Shown: positions 1 to 15,230 of the stretch, piece after piece
Position numbering within the stretch: the first letter of the stretch is position 1
Layout: every line of letters begins with the position of its first letter
NCBI GenBank assembly: GCA_016748015.1
Contig: JAAOMT010000003.1
Span: forward strand, 1,058,373 to 1,122,372
Direction: 5' to 3'
DNA: 64,000 nucleotides
Source: Geosiphon pyriformis uo1
Taxonomy: Eukaryota > Fungi > Glomeromycota
The notes under the pieces: model-generated
The model's input: only the letters and a program-made list of their open reading frames with translations
What the model was told of the DNA's origin: nothing
Databases searched by the model: none
Program-made: the position numbers and the translations under genes

Positions 1-549
1 CTGGCGTTCTTTCCTATGTTGCGTACTCTGCTTGCTGGTTATCATGATTCAGGAGCATATATGCAACTGTGTAAAGGCTTCGTACTGAGAGATTGGGTCA
101 ATGAAGCTATAGTGCATTTCAAGGATCGTAATCGGGCTTTTTTGGTGGTGGCTGATTTTGTTTAACATCTGGTAAAAAAACACCGGTGTGGTTTGTGGTT
201 GACCAGGGCTAAGTTTAAAGTAGACATGGAACGTTGTGAGTTGGTTTGTGCTTCAGAAATTCCCGTTGGTTTTTCAGCTGATTCTATTAAACATTTGTCT
301 GGTGGAGTTGTTCATTTTTTTGGGATTGATGAGGCGTTTGCTATCAGTTTTGGTTTGCATAAGGCTAGCTTTTTTTTTTCTGGTATTTGTGATAATGTCA
401 AAGTTTACGTAGGTGTGTAGTGTTGCCTAGATTGGCCTGAATGGCTAGTCACATGTAGCAAATACATGAGCCACATTTAGTTAGATTTACTTAGCTTGTA
501 TCTGTATACTAGATAGTAGTTGGGCTGCACTTATTAAACAAAAAAAAAA
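1..549 (+). mobile_element. 3' end of a LINE (non-LTR) retrotransposon, degenerate, running in from the window edge
   Basis: ORF 193-420 (..GVVHFFGIDEAFAISFG..VKVYVGV) parallels the C-terminus of the LINE ORF2 at 10538-11128 (..GVVRLLGIDDVLSIRFG..VSIHIGT). It shares the 3' UTR (ATTGGCCTGA.TGGCTAGTCA..) and ends in an A-run at about 540-549. Confidence 0.85.
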
Positions 550-1205
550 TAAAATATTGTTGTTAATTTTAAGGAATTTTTTTTTGTTATTGCTGTTTTT
601 AATAACTGGTTTATATTAATTAAAAAAAATAATATTAGAATTTTTTTTACTTAATCAAAAAAAATTATTTTAAAAGACAATTTCAAGACCAAATTAGTTA
701 AACTTTTTTTAATTATAATACTTTTAAGATTAATAATATGATTTTTCAAGTTGATAATTATATTTGCTTTATTTTTGATTTTTTGATTTTTATTATCATT
801 AATATTTTGCTGTTATGATTTTTGATTTTTGTAAATTTATAAATTTAATTATTATAAAACCTAATATTTTATGCAAATATTATATTTGATAAAAAACTCT
901 TAAATATTGTTGTTGCTATAAATATTAAAGCTTAGATTATTTGTTTATATATTATCATTTTTTTTTATTGGTAAAAAATTTTATATTAAAATTTTTGTTT
1001 TTTTAATTTTTTTTTTGCTATTTTTGTAACTATACTTGTTTTTAATTTTGTAACAAAGTTTAAATTTTTTGGAATCTCAAATTTTAAAATTGTTTTTCTT
1101 AATTAAGTTTATTGTTGTGCTAATTAGTGTTTTGATTACTTTGGTTATTTTTTATAGTATATCCTAAGATTAAAAATAAGTATAATATTGGTTTTAATTT
1201 AATAG

Positions 1206-1242
<37 letters not shown>

Positions 1243-1929
1243 CAAATAAAATAATATGTTAAATAAAAAAACTTATATCAATTTAATAAAGCTTTAAAAA
1301 CTTCAATTTTCTAATATTAAGCAGAATACAAATAAAACTATTAAATAATTAAGTAATATTATTATAAATAATAGAACTTTAATTTTTATTATACATAAAA
1401 TATTTTTTTAGATTAGATTTTTATTCATAAATTCAATATAGTTTAGTCTAAACTAAATTTGTATTTAGTTATATATAAAAAATATATAATTCATATTTAA
1501 TTTAAAATTTGCTAATAGTTATATTATATTAAATTGTATTTGAATTTGCATATTAAATAAATAAATAAAAAATTTATAAATAAAAAAACTTTTTTTATTT
1601 TTTATTTTATAATCACAATTAAAACAAAGAGTAAAAAAGTTTTAAATATTATTTTTCTTATTATAGTTAATGAAGTTTCAATAAAAAAAAGTTTTTTTGT
1701 TATTAAACCAATTAAGTAAATCATTTTAACAATATTTTTTTTAAATATTAATAATAAAAAACTGTTTTTGACAATTTTTAAAGTATTTTTTTATTTTTAA
1801 TTGGTAGTTTTTTCTTAATTAAAGTTTTTTTCAAGAAATACATTAAGTTTAGTCTTAATATTGTTTTTGTTTTTTCTAAAAATTTTAAAATTTTTAACAA
1901 TAAATTAATTAATAAGCTAATTTTTTTTG

Positions 1930-1966
<37 letters not shown>

Positions 1967-4900
1967 TATTATATTACAAATAATCAAAAAAGCCAAAGAA
2001 TTCAAAAACAGTAGTAATTAATTATATTTACTATTATTATACCAAATTTTTTTGTAATTTTAAATAAAATTTTGGATAAAATTTTTGTAGTAGTATTTAG
2101 TTTATTTTTAATATAAACAATAATAATAATACTATATTTTTTATAATAATTTCTAGTTTTTTTTTCTTATTTTATTGTGTTTTATAATATTTTTTTTGGC
2201 ATATTTTTTAATAATATTAAAAATACTTTTGTTGTTTTTTGTATTATTATTTTAATTAAGTTAAAGTCTATTAATTTATAACAATATATTGTTATTTATT
2301 TTAAGAATTTTTTTTTGTAATTCCTGTTGTTTTTAATAATTGGTCTGTATTAATTAAAAAAAATAATCTTAAATTTTTTTTTTGCTTAATTAAAATGAAG
2401 TTATTATTTTAAAAAACATTTTTAAAACCAAATTAATTAATTTTTTTTTGGTTATACTGCTTTTAAAATTAGTAATTTAATTTTTTAAGTTAATAGTTAT
2501 ATTTGCTTTATTTTTTATTCTTTTAAAGTTTTTATTTTTGATATAAATTAACTTTTTAATAAATAATTTAATATTATAAAAATATTTTTTGATATATTAA
2601 TTATTAATATTTTTGATTTTACTATAATTGGTCTTTTATAAGTTTTTTAATTTTAATAATATAATAATATTAATTTTATACTAAAAATCTTTTGTTAATA
2701 TTATAATGTAAGCTTTTTTTTTAAATTCTGATTAATGTTATGTGTTTTATGTATTTTTTTTAAAAACTAATTTAAAATTTATTTGCTGTTGTTAAAATTT
2801 TTTTAAGACTATTTTTGTAATTGTTTAAAGTATTTTTTTAATTTAAAAACATAAAATATTAATAGTTTTTAATGCTTTTTTTAATTTTAATAATAAAACT
2901 TTTATTAATTAGTAATAATATAAATAATTTAATTAAAAATTATTTTTTCAAAGAATTTAATTAATAAATAACAGTTTTATTTAATAAATAATACAAATAA
3001 GTTTTTTAATACTTTTATTGTATTAATTCAATTTTTAATATTATTTCTTATTTTTTTAATTAAGATTTCTTTAAATATTTATTTTTTTTAAAACTGAAAA
3101 CTAAAAAATAATTAATATAAATAATTAAAAATAAAAGTTATAATATTAAAAAATAAAATTTTCTTAATATTAAAACTATTGTATATATATATATTTGTAA
3201 TTTTATAAAAATACATATTAAAATACTTTATTTTTGATATTTTAATATAATATTTATTATTATTAAATTATAGTGTTTATTATTATTATAAAAATGTATT
3301 TATTGTTAATATTATTTGATAATTGTTGCTATATTAATTATTGTTTTTTTAAAATTATTATTGTATTATTTTATAATTAGATAATTTATATTATTTTATG
3401 TTTTTTATTAAATTTTTAAATCATAACAGTAATAAAAACTTTAATTTAAAAAAATTAAAATAGTATAAAAAAACAAATAATTATATTTTTGTTTTTGTAA
3501 ATTTAGTTAACACTTTAATTAATTATAATATATTAAATATAAGTAATTTTCTTAATATTAATTACTAAGTTGATTTTGTTTTAGTAAACTTAAATAATTT
3601 ACTAAATATAAAATTGGCTTTTTTATAAAAACAAATACAACTTTAAAAATACAGATTATATTAAATAAAATTGTTTTAAAAATATTTGTTTATTAATAAT
3701 AATTAAATATTAAAAAGTTTTTTTTTGATTTTAAAAGAATTAAAAAAGTTAAATATAATATAAGTATTTATTTATAATATTATATATATTAGTTAAAAAA
3801 AATTTTTAAAGATATAATTTAAGAATTTAATAATAATATATTAAATAAATTATTTTAATTTTACAATTTCAAATTTTTAATGTTCAAAAGCATTAAAATA
3901 ACAGATAATATATTTATAAATATGTTTTTATTTTTTATAAAGCTATAACTTTGAAAATTTAAAGTTTAATTAATACAAATTCTAGTTTTAAAAACATTAT
4001 ATCTGTTTTATTTAGTACAAACTATTTTTATAAATTTTAAATAATTTAGAATATTAAAATCAAATTTATTATTTTTAAGCATATAAAAAATTTTGTTTAT
4101 AATAAAACATATTATTAAAAATATTTTAAATGTTTTTTTTATAAATTTATATTAAATTATTTAATTATAAATAATAAATTAATTTTAAATTTAATATTAT
4201 AAAAAAAATCAATTATAATATATTGTTTAACATAAACAAAAAGTTTTTAAATAAAAAAATTGTTAATTTGTTTAATATTATTAATAAATTTTAAAAATAT
4301 TATACTAAGTTTGTTTTAAATTTATTGTTAAAACTTTTAAATTTGTATTTAATATGTAAATTAATTTTTAAATTTTAATAAAATTTAAAGTTTTAATAAT
4401 TTTAAAATTATATAAGTAAGAAAATTTTTTTACAAATATAAGATTTATTATTCTAATTAAATAGTTAAAAAATAATTTTTAAGATTTTTTTTAATAATAT
4501 TTTTTTATTGTTATGAATAAATTTTTTAAATAAATAATAGTTTTATAACTTGATATTTAAATTAATTATTGTTATAATTTAAAGATTTTTTGAAGATTTT
4601 GGGTTGAAGTTCTTTATATAATAGATAAAAATTTATTATAATAACTGGTAATATTTGATATTTGCTTTTTTTAACATGTTAATTAATTTATTCTGATGTT
4701 TGTACTTTTTTAATAAATAATTTTAGTTCTTATAACTATATTTATGCTTTTTTTTGATATTTTTTACCAAGTAATCTTTAATATTATAATCTTAATGTTT
4801 TTCTTATAATCAATTAATAAACTCAAAAAAAACAATAATAAAAATAAAAATAAAAATAAAAATATATTAATAATTATAATTAAAAGCTATTGTTTCTATG

Positions 4901-7900
4901 TTGTTAAGTTATAATTAATACTAATAATATTAATATAAAAAGAATTAAAATTTTAATAAAATAAGTTTGGATTTATAAATTAATTAGATTAAATATGATT
5001 AATTAATAGTTTTATTAAATAAATAATAGTTTGATATAAAACAGTAATAGAAAATTAAACTGATCTTAAAGTAAGCTTGTTTGTTTTTTAAGATATTTGT
5101 TTTTTTAGTTTTTAATATTTCTGCTATATATATAAATTTTTGTAATACAAAATTCTTAAAATTTTTACAATTTTTTTGAATTATTATTAGAATTTTTGGT
5201 ATTTTTAAAATTTTTAGTATTTTTGAAATTTTTGGAATTTTTAATATTATATATTTTAAAAATTTTTTATTTTGTTATTAATTATTTTATGAAATTATTA
5301 TTTTCTGTTTTTAATATAAGTAATATTATTTATAAAAAATTTAACATTTTTTGTAATAATAATTTTTAGTTTTAAAAAACATTTTATTTCATTTTTTTAT
5401 TTTTGTTATTGATTTTTTAATCAAAAATATCTTAAAAAAAATTTAAAATTGTAATTGGTTTTATAAAATATATGTAAAACTTATAATTAATAAGTTAAAT
5501 ATACTTAAAACAGTATTATTAAAATTAAAATATACAATAAATTTATTTATTTTTTAAAATATTCATAATAATAGAATTAATAAAGTTATAAGTTAATTTT
5601 GGTCTAATTAATATAATAAATTAAATTAAGATAAATATTACTTTTTTTAAAGAATTTTTTTTATATAAAATTAAAAACAGAATTAAATTACATATTTTAT
5701 TAATAAAACTAATAAACTATTTCAAAATTTGAATTTAATTACATATTTTATAATATATGTTTTTATTAATAATATAATTTAAATTAATAATTATTATATA
5801 ATTATATAAAAATTATATATATTACAAACTAATTTTTTATTAATAATAATATATTTATAAATAATAAAAAACAAGTATTATTTTTATTAATTTAAAAATT
5901 AAAGTAACAAATCTGTTTATTTGTAATAATTTTATTAATATTATTAAGATAAATAAGTTATATAAGTATTTAGTTATTATGTTTTTACAAAAAATTTAAA
6001 TGTTTTTAATTTAAAAAAACAGTTTAAGATATTAAATTTTTTTGTAATAATTATTATAAATTTTGTTAAATATTTTTTAATAAATATTATGAATTTGTAT
6101 AAAAAATTTAAATTTATTATAAATAATATTAAAATATATTTGTTTTTAAATAATAATAATTTACTGTTTAAAGTTTTAAAATTTTTTGTAATAATTACAA
6201 TTATATTAAATCTAATTTTAAAATAACATTTAAATAGAATTTTTAATAAAATTTTTTTTATTTAAAGCCAAAAAAATGCTTTAAAATTAACAAAAAACTG
6301 GTTTTTAATTATTTTAATTAAAAAAAGTGTTTTTATAAAATGCTGTTAAACAGTTTTTATAGTTATAAATATATTATTAATAAAAATAAACAATAATATA
6401 CAATTTTATTATTATCTTTATTTATAATATTATTGCTTAAAATATTATTAAATGTTTTAAAAAATAAAGATACAAAAAAAAAAAGTTTTTTAAGTTATAA
6501 TAATTAATATAAACAAAATTTTTTGTAATAAATTTTTAAAATAATATTTAATAAAAATTTTGCTAAAATAATATAAAATAATTTTAAATAATTTAAGTAA
6601 TTAATTATATATAATTTTATTATTATTATTATTATTATTTAATAAATAAAATCTAATTATAATTTAGTATAATACATTAAATTAAATAATCTAAATAAAA
6701 TATAAATCATGTATTTTCTATATATAATTAGCTACTATTATCCAAGTAGAAAAACAAATTTAAAAAATATTGAAAAAACATAATTAAAAACATGATAACT
6801 TAAAAAAAATATAATAATACAAAATAATACAGAATAATATAATAACTCAAAATAACATAAAATAATACACAATAATATAAAACAGCACAGAATAATTAAT
6901 TATAATATAAAATAACTAGTTTTAGTATAAAAGAATAAAACAATAACAAAAATAGCAAGCAATAACTAATAATAACAAGCAATTAAAAACAATCTTGTAA
7001 AATTAAAATATGTATAAAAATAAATAGTTTTAGCAAAAACAAATAGAAACAAATAAAAAAAACAAAAATATATCTTTTTACTTACATCTCTTAGATTTAC
7101 TTTATCTATATATCTATATTATCTCAAATAAAAAAAATATTTGAAACCAAAATTTCTTATATATAATTTATAAATTTCATGTTTAAACCAAATTAATCAT
7201 TCTTTTATTTTTGTTTTTGACCAAATGTTTTTAGCATAAAAATTATCTTAAACAATAATAACTTGAACTAATTATTTTTAATTACAGCAATTAACAATAT
7301 TAAATTCTTTTATTTTATTTTATTTTATTTTATTTTTTTTTCTGTTGTAAAGCAATAATTTTGTAAAATTGACTGTTTAGAAATAGACTTTATAATAGCT
7401 TGATAAAAGAGAGAAGTTTTTCTTAAGATTGAATATTAATATTATTTTATTAGCTTATTAAAAAAGTAAAAAGACACTACCAGACTCTAACAACTACACT
7501 TAACTAATTCAAAAAAGATAGTTTACATATTTAAGCCACAAACAGCCAAAACACTTCTTTGTATCTTAATACCAAAAAACTTTACAGGTAAAATTAACAA
7601 AAACTTTTAAAAACTAATATTACTAACTTATCTTAAATATTTAGAATAGAAACTTTCAAGCTCCTATTATTCAAATTTAGAGCACTAAATATTATTACTA
7701 TATTCCAACAAATTTATCTATAATACCATTTAAACCAGTTAAAACAACATTATATTAAAACAAAAAAGGCTAGAAGTAAGTTCAGTCCATAAATATTCTC
7801 AATAATATTATTCAAATTTTTAAAGTTAAAGATAAATTCATTAAAAAACAACTTAATTGTTTTAATACTACTTCTAATTTTAGTATTTAATATATATTAC

Positions 7901-10391
7901 AAAACAATAATATGCTTAATAATATCTTTATTTAACAAAAAAACTTTGTAGTTAATATTTTATTATAGTTTATTTTATCAAAGTTAACTTTAGACTTAAA
8001 ATATATAAAGTTTTTAGAAACATTAATTAAAAAATTAGAAAAATTATTAATAGCAAATTTTATAATAAGTAAATTTTTTTCTACTTAAAAAGTTTTATCA
8101 ATATAATTATTTAAAAAACAAATAATTAAAATAACCAAAAAACCAATAAGTTTAACAATAAATTTTTTCAGAATAATCAAGATAAAGATTTAAAATTTCA
8201 AGAAATTCAATCTGGTTCTAATTAAAAAATTAACAAAAAATAAAACTAAAAAGGCAGCAAAAAAAGAAGCAAAAGTCTTAGTATAAGACTTTTTACTAAC
8301 AAAAAAAGACACAAAAAACTTAAAGTTAACAACAAATTTAAAAAATAACTTAAAGGAAAAGAATAAAAACACTTTACAATTAGCAAACAAATAATTTAAA
8401 CTTTAGTATTTGTAATAACAATAATATCCAGAAGTTTTTTACCAAATATAATATTTATATAAAGTATTAGTTTTTATTATAGTAAGTTTTGGCATTCCTT
8501 AAAACTTAAAAATAATAATAGCAAAGTATTAGTTATAATAAAAATTAGAAAAACAAAGAATAAAACAAATATGATTACCAACTTAAAAAATCATATTATT
8601 GATTTCAAAAACAGTATAATTGAATAGAAAATTAAACAATTTGGTTTTAAAAAAATCTTTTAAGATAATAATTTCTTTTTAATTAAAAAGAAAAAAAATT
8701 TGAATACTGTTTTTTTTATTAATACAAACTAATTATTAAGAGTAACAAGAGCAGAAAAAAAGTTCTTAAAATTAATAACAACATATTGTTACAAGTTAAT
8801 AACCTTTAATTTAACAGAAATAACAACACTAAAAATACAAAAAACATTTTTAATGTTATTAAGAAATATGTTAAAAAGATATTACAAAGTACAACAAAGT
8901 AAAAAAAAAAAAAAAAAAAGTTATTACAAACGATTTTGCAATTTTAAGTATAGTAAAAAAAACCACTAATAAAAACTATTCATTTAAAATATTTTTGATA
9001 ACTGAAAATTGTTTCTTAAGTATTATTAGAAACAGTATTAAAAAACAGAAAAACAAAAATTAATTCAGTTTTTATTTAATCAGTCTAATTTTTAAAATTA
9101 AGCAACCTAATAGATTGTTTTGCTTTTAAAATCAATAATAATCTGTTAAAAAACATTATATTTAATAATACAGCTAATAATTAATCTTAATTTATCTTAA
9201 AAAACATATTGTTGTTGTTGTTGTTATTGTTTATATTAAAAAAATAACTGATTGCTATTGAGAAAATTTTATTCAAAATTTTATTTAAAATTACAAAAAA
9301 GTTTAGTATAATAATAACAGATATAAATAATTATTGTTGTTTTTAGTCTTTTTAATTATTTACAAAGAAATAGTAGTATTAATAGTAATAATAAAAAAAA
9401 CTAACTTGTTAACTAGTCTGTTGTAAAAAAAATCACCAATAAAAACTTTAATAATAGCAATTAAAAAATTTTTAAAAGCAAATTTTACATAAAACAACTT
9501 AATATTGTTTTTGAAAATTAACTTATATTCAACAAAATTAGACAGCAAATAAAACAAAAAATTTATTAATACCAATTTGATTTTAAAAGTAATATTAAGC
9601 ATTAAAGTAAAAATTATTTATTCAAAAAATTTTTAATAATTGAAAATAGTTTCTTAAGTATTATTAGAGACAATATTAAAAAACAAAAAAGCAAAAATTA
9701 ATTCAGTTTTTATTTAATTAGTTTAATCTTTAAGATTAAGCAACTTAATAAGTTGTTTTGTTTTTAGAATTAATAATAATTTGCTAAAAAACACCATATT
9801 TAATAATACAATCAATAGTTAATTTTGATTTATTTTGAAAAACATGCTGTTGTTATTATTGTTTATATTAAAAAGATAACTAATTGTTGTTGAAAAAATT
9901 TTATCTAAAATTTTATTTAGAATTACAAAAAAGTTTAATATAATAATAATAGATACAAATAACTGCTGCTGTTTTTTTAATTTTTTGGTCTTTTGATTAT
10001 TTACAAAAAAATAATATTATTAATAATAATAATAAAAAAGATCAGCTTATTAACTAGTTTGTTGTTAAATATTTTTAAATTCTTAAAAAAAATAAAAACA
10101 ACACTAAAACTAATTTGTGTGTATTTCTTAAAAAAAACTTTGACTGAAAAAAAACCATTAGCCAAAGATAAAAAAAATGTTTTAAAAGCTACCAAAAACA
10201 GCTTTTTACTATTAATATTTAAAAAAAATTATTAGAATGTTTTGTCTAATTGTTTTGATAATAAAAAAATTTTTTTTTGTTAAAACTTTATTAATTACTA
10301 TAGAAAAAGTAATGTTTAAACCTTTTTTATTTTGGTTGTGGTTATAAAAATAAAAAAAAGAAAGAGTTTTTTATATATAATTTGTATATTA
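550..10391. repeat. Extremely AT-rich block of hyper-decayed TE relics
   Basis: Almost no CpG. Internal repeats are still recognisable: ~555-800 and ~2285-2530 (direct) match ~8550-8790 inverted; ~1600-2100 is an inverted copy of ~9850-10340; ~9000-9420 is tandemly duplicated at ~9640-10060. Confidence 0.75.
4500..5360. mobile_element. Heavily decayed copy of the solo-LTR family seen at 37424-47872 and 51017-51864 (boundaries approximate)
   Basis: Collinear matches, e.g. GGTTGAAGTTCTTTATATAATAGATAAAAATT vs GGTTGAATCTTTTGTATAATAGACAGAGATT, TTTTTTACCAAGTAATCTTTAAT vs TTTTTTACCAGGCTATCTTTGAT, and AAAAGCTATTGTT. Confidence 0.55.
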
Positions 10392-10537
10392 TTTAAATTT
10401 AATATATTTTTTTTTTAACATTTATTGAGTGAAGTCCAAACACTACCTAATGCTATACATCAAATAATTGATCTAAATTAGGCATAAATTATGCACTTTC
10501 TACACATGACTAGCCACTCAGGCCAATCAGAACAACA

Positions 10538-13500
10538 TTATGTACCTATATGAATGGAAACTGCATTTAAAGCACCAGAAATGAACAAACTAAATTTACG
10601 CAAACCAAATCTAATACTCAATACATCATCAATACCCAACAACCTAACAACCCCAGCTGAATACAGGGAAGATAGACCAGAAATAGAAACTGGCATAGAA
10701 CCATTTCGAGAAATTAACCCATGTTTCTCCATAAAGACACAATGTTTGACATGGACCAACCAAATTTCATCTCTAAAAGCCAGGCAAAAATCATGGACAA
10801 AGTCCACAATTTTCACACTAGCAAATTCCAGATCACCAAAAACAGAAACCGCCTCAAAAAACCAATCATTAAAAACAAAGCCTTTGCACAGAGCAACATG
10901 CATTAAGATGTCAAAAACGCATGAAAAAAGAGTTTGCAGCATGTGAGAAGAAGGACAATGAAGGCCAGAAATACCTTCCCATTTAACTGCAAAATCACCA
11001 AGCAGCCGATCAAGACTAGCAAAGTCAGAATCACAGGAAAAAACATGGTCTGAGACCTCTACACATCCACAATACAAACAAACCACATTAGGGTAACTCC
11101 TATTATAGAGGCATTTGCAAACAGCCACAGCAGTCTACAATGCAGAATCTTTATAAAGTATGTACATAAATCAGCAGTCCATTTATTAGTGAAACCAGCA
11201 GCCATGTGTAAATCAGGATGCTAAACAGAAGAAGACCTGCACCAATTGATATCACCGAGCAATTTGCCAGCGACAACTCTAGTACCCGAACCAAAACTCC
11301 AATGCAAACAGTGAATGGACTGATAAATATTATGCACAAAATGCCTAGAATTACCCGAAACAGGACTACCACCAGCCAGGATAAACTGCTCATCCAGCTG
11401 GAGGGAGGGGAAGAACCAAATCAGAAAGAGCCGCACGGCCAGCTAGTTCATCAGTTCGGTCATTACCTATAACACCAAAATGTCTCTTAACTTTACACTA
11501 GTTGACATCCAACCTCTTAGCATAAACAAGATTAGTAATATGACGACGCTCTACCCAACAACTATTCTGAAAATCTGGATGCACCAAACCCAATTCTGAC
11601 CTGCAGATGTCTAATGTGGCCTGACTATCCGAAAATAAGCAAACTTTGCTAACTGCAAGAACACATTCAAGAGCGAGTGCAATAGCTTGCAATTCCACCA
11701 AAGTAGATGACAACAAACCCGAAACCTTAACACCCAAACCCATATTAATATCATTAAAGAAAACTGCCACACCTGATTTAACACTGAGAGTACCCAAACC
11801 AGCCAAGGATCTATTGGTATAAACTAAAAGACTATCAGCATCCAATCCCAATAACTGATTACAAACCAAGTCAAAATCAGTGGATTTCAAGACATTAGAA
11901 GCAAAAGAAACACCTACCAAACAGTCATGAACAGAAAAAAATGACTCTGCACTGCCAAGATAACCAACAGAAACACTAAACCAATCAGGAATAGGGCCAC
12001 ATGGGTCCAGCCTTTTCCAACACTTGAAAGTCTTCCAATCAAAAGCAAGACTATTGTAATGATGCAATTGTTCTATAAAGGCAATTCCATACCACCGAAG
12101 TGAGGAGAAACATTTAGAAAATTTCACCTCTCTAAGAACCAAAGACATAGAAGTACCATGAGAGAATTGGAATGCACTGGGGCCGAAACTACTAAAAGAT
12201 AAACCACAATTGGCAAAAATATGAACCACACCAGCCAGAAAATTGTTTGAGAGATTCAAATTTAAACGAGTCAGGGAGACCAAAGGGTGCACAGAACGCC
12301 AGCTCAGAGCCTATAAATTATAAGATCTATGGAGAAACAAACGACCCAGAATTCCAACAGCATTGGCAAAACACACTATGGACGCCAATTTACTTTCAGC
12401 CTAAATCTGTTTAAAAGGCTTTAAGCTATAAAGGAAAAGGTAATGAAGAGCATTATTGAGGAAGTCCAAAGGAAGATCTGCTTTGAATTTGAAGCCTTTA
12501 CAAATCAAAGCATCTTATTTACAGCAAACACTAAAAGGAACAAAACTAAACTGCATTCTATAACTGATGATGGAGTAAAAAACTGCTGAAACCAAATATG
12601 AGAACTGCTTATCAAAGATGGCCTTCTTCAGGACGAGATTGGTGAAAAACCAGACATCCAAATGCACTTTGGCCAAACTGGACTTTGACAAACCACCTGT
12701 AGACAGAAAGATGCCCAAATACTGATAAGGTTCTCCTTTCTTGGCAATAAAAATAAGTGCACCACTAATCGTTAGAAAGGGGCTTACAACCCTGTAGTTA
12801 ATGGAAATAGCTACTGTTTTATCATTGTTTATTGAAATATCATTAATTCTAAAAAATTCACTAGCAATATTGAGAATGTGTTGTGTTGCAGCCTGACTGC
12901 TGCTGACCCAAATTGTATCATCCACGAAAGCACCAACAGCAAAGAAAGAGGAAAAACCAGCCTGAAGTTCAACATGGCCAGTCTTAACAATGAAATGAGA
13001 ATTCAACCTGTAACCACAAAATTCTTCTTGCCTCTTGACTTCACACAAAAGAGAATTATAAAATATATGCCAGAGAAGAGGTAAGAACACCTCCTCTTGA
13101 TTGAAACCATCATGGACTTGATAACCATTAGTTAGGCCAAAGTCAGTCATTATTCTGTTGATTCAGTTATTGTGAATGCCACCAAAAAATTGAATGAACC
13201 TGCCACACATTTTAATTCTGATCAGACTCCTTTTTAAATGCTCCCAGCCAACAGAATCATAGGCCTTCTTCATATCCTGCAACACCAGCCAAAGCTCACG
13301 GTTCTTCTCCAGAGCATCTTCGACCACAGAGCTGACAGCAAAGATAGGAGACTGTGTCGTTGTATCCTTTAAAACAGAAAAATTGTTCCCATGGAGGACA
13401 TTGTGAGTACTGCATGCCAAAGAAATTCTGTCCGAAAGAATTTTTGAAAGGATCTTACAAGCAGTTTCAATCAAAGCAATGGGTTAGGTGTTTGTAAGAA

Positions 13501-15230
13501 CTTTCTTCCACTCATAAGATTTGGGGATCATAGACATCCAGGCTTCTTTCCAAGGACCAGGAACAGACTCATGGAGCAAACAAGAGTTCAAGAGCACCAA
13601 CAACATATTCAGAACCAATCCATCACAATGCTTCCAAAGCTTGTTTGAAATATCAGACAAACCAGCAGCCTTATCATTAAGCAAGTCCGATACAACACCA
13701 AACAACTCAACAGAACTAATGGGGTCCATTATTCCCGAAAATGCATCATCAAATACATACTTCCAAGAGTCGGTACTGGCGACACCAATCAGCAGAGACA
13801 TCAGTAACCAACACACATTTTCTGGTTCAGCCTTCCATAATAACATCTACCTTAGATTTAACTAGACTAGATTTCAAAACCAGTTCATCATCGGCAACCA
13901 AGTGATCCAATACCACCTTGCAAAAGGGGCGCTTTAGCACACTCCTAATTGTATGATCTTTATTTACCTTAAAACTTTTCATTCTCCTACTAACAGCTGA
14001 CCTAATATGAGATTCTTCAGCACACTTCGACTTGGACAATTTAGAGGAACGATACAACTTCCTGACTCTGAACAAGACGGATCTTATGACCTCAAAATAT
14101 GACTCTAAAAGAAAAAGAGACTCAACCACAGAAGCATTTGTAGTGTCCAACAAGTTCTACATACCCAGTAATGCAACAAATTCCTTTGAGGAAACCAAAC
14201 ATGATGCTTTAACTAGCTTAGACACCAAAAGTTCTAACTTGTGAAACTTAGAAGATTTCTTAGTAAACACATTATTATAACTCTTGAACCATTTTTTTTT
14301 GAAAACATTATTTGCCAACAAGCACACAATTTTGTGGATGACATCCCATATAGCATCCAGATCCAGAAACAATAGAGCAGCATCAAACTCACACTTCAAC
14401 ATTGCCGCAGTGGCAGTAGAAGATTCCTTGAATGCAGCCTATTTGGCAGCCATAGCATCCTTAAAATTGAACTTCCAACGATCCTTATTCGTCTGTTTGC
14501 GAAGGGACATCAAATTAACATCCAAAAGACCACCCAGACTCACAGAAACAACAACAGTCCTATGATCAGTATCAAAATATTCATCAATTCTGATCACACT
14601 ACAATCTAAGATTGTGTTGACCAAGCTTGAAAACACAAACACATAATTAATAGTCTTGGCCACCCCTCAAGAATTGGTTCAAGTCGCATTTTTCCCAAAC
14701 AAGCTCCCTTCCAAGGCATTGACCAAACCCAAATCAGAACATTTCCTAAAACTAGTACACCTATGAGAGCCATCTTCATTGAAATCGCCATCCAATATCA
14801 TGAAAGAGGACTCATTAACAGCTTTAGTAATCAAAGAATTTATCTCATTCATTTGTGAAAAACACATAGATACTGAAGCACCAACATACAAACCTAGAAT
14901 TGACACTGAAAGCCTATTTTTAAAAAGCAGCTTGACAGACAAAAGATGACCAGGAATCTCAAAAACTTTACATACATGTTTTGCCAGAGTGTTGTTCATA
15001 ATGATTGCCACACCAGAACCAAGGTAACCAGAATCCAAACCAGAAACAAAGACCCAAACACCATCAAATTTATTAGCAATCCAAGGCTGAACCTTATCTT
15101 TTAACTTTGTCTCAGTAATAATTGAAACCAAACTGTTCATATTTCTGTGCCAATGTATAATGTCCTCTTGCTTTGCTGAATTGTTCATTCTCCTGACATT
15201 ACACATGGCAATTTTCCATACTAAATTATT
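10538..15230 (-). pseudogene. LINE ORF2 (endonuclease/reverse transcriptase/RNase H), disrupted
   Basis: Collinear minus-strand ORF fragments 14679-15302, 14439-14663, 14157-14402, 13827-14153, 13484-13846, 13163-13474, 12515-13150, 11498-12292 and 10538-11128 carry APE, RT, RNase H and zinc-finger motifs. Confidence 0.9.

Noticed and set aside
1778-10235. K/I/N/F-rich ORFs in AT-rich DNA (also 35727-35927, 55146-55529)
   Set aside because: Compositional artefacts of decayed repeats; useful only for showing the inverted duplication.
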